A DNA stretch of 18,383 bases from Promethearchaeota archaeon (GTDB taxonomy: Archaea > Asgardarchaeota > Lokiarchaeia > Sigyniarchaeales > SOKP01): contig SHMW01000086.1 in the NCBI GenBank assembly GCA_008080735.1, forward strand, positions 1 to 18,383, given 5' to 3'. Of the stretch, positions 17,276-18,383 are shown piece by piece. A program made the position numbers and the translations under genes. The first letter of the stretch is position 1. Every line of letters begins with the position of its first letter. The notes beneath the pieces were generated by a model that made no database searches, was not told where the DNA came from, and saw only the letters and a list, made by a program, of their open reading frames with translations.

Positions 17276-17836
17276 ATGGGATTAAAATTTGTCTGGGGTA
17301 TGACTGGGACGGGGTACTTATTGAAAGAATCTATTGATATTATGAAAAAATTACAGGAAAAATATGATGCAGAAATAACAGTAATGCTATCTAAAGAAGG
17401 TGCTGTGGTTGTGAAATGGTATAAACAATGGGACTATCTTAACGAAGTAATCAAAAGAGTGAAAGTGGAAAATACACCTAACAATCCATTCTTAGCAGGA
17501 CCCTTGCAGATTGGAAAATATAATTTCCTTTTAGTCTGTCCAGTTTCAGCCAACTCTGTTGCGAAAATAGTATATGGAATCGCTGATACATTAATTACAA
17601 ATTGCGTGGCCCAGACCATCAAAGGAGATGTTCCCGTTTATTTACTACCTTCAGACCAACACAAAGAACCAATCGTAACTACAAAACCCGACGGGAGTCC
17701 ATTAGTATTGAAAATACGAGATATAGAAATGGAAAATGTAGAAAAATTGAGAAAAATGGAAGGAATAACGGTTCTTTCAGACTTTTCTCAACTAAAAAGC
17801 CTATTGACTAAAAAATCTGAAGAAAAAAGTAAGTAG
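17276..17836 (+). CDS. afpA: Archaeal flavoprotein, AfpA family (HFCD flavoprotein fold)
   Basis: WGMTGTG, GPLQIGKY, PVSANSVAKIVYGIADTLITN, LPSD; no ferredoxin insertion. Confidence 0.75.
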   Translation: MGLKFVWGMTGTGYLLKESIDIMKKLQEKYDAEITVMLSKEGAVVVKWYKQWDYLNEVIKRVKVENTPNNPFLAGPLQIGKYNFLLVCPVSANSVAKIVYGIADTLITNCVAQTIKGDVPVYLLPSDQHKEPIVTTKPDGSPLVLKIRDIEMENVEKLRKMEGITVLSDFSQLKSLLTKKSEEKSK

Positions 17837-17906
17837 AACATCTAATACTAGTACCAATTCCTTTAACAAAATAAATAAAATGAATTTGTTGCTGTAAATA
17901 GGATTT

Positions 17907-17986
17907 CCATAAAGTTTATATGTCATATTTTAACTTTTTATTTGTTTTATTAAATTTTTGCTTTTCTGATACCATAAAACTTATAT
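17907..17986 (+). promoter_or_regulatory. Tandem BRE/TATA-like promoters for the rRNA transcript
   Basis: CCATAAAGTTTATAT (17907-17921) and CCATAAAACTTATAT (17972-17986), 13/15 identical, 65 nt apart. Confidence 0.55.
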
Positions 17987-18029
17987 TTTTATTATACTTA
18001 TATTCTTTGTAATCATTTACCAAAATGAT

Positions 18030-18383
<354 letters not shown>

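Overview
AT-rich archaeal genomic window. It ends in the 5' end of an archaeal 16S rRNA gene, and gene style plus a Roadblock-like protein suggest an Asgard/Lokiarchaeia-like organism (inference). The left half is a copper-handling locus. A P1B-3 (CopB-type) ATPase, an L-lactate dehydrogenase and an MFS transporter converge on a P1B-1 (CopA-type) ATPase. That ATPase carries a C-terminal extension of two YHS/TRASH domains plus a ~50-aa Cys/His domain I cannot assign. The same domain recurs as two free-standing mini-proteins directly downstream (68 aa, and a 58-aa ORF absent from the ORF track), suggesting an undescribed metallochaperone/ATPase module. The rest holds iscU (possible ATT start), ino1, a divergent beta-CASP nuclease with two degenerate KH-like repeats next to an Sm-like mini-protein, a Roadblock-like/coiled-coil protein, an ArsB/NhaD/SLC13-type transporter, a DUF599-like protein, iscS, an AfpA-family flavoprotein, and a structured rRNA leader with tandem promoter-like repeats. 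All family assignments come from motif recognition by eye; no searches were run.
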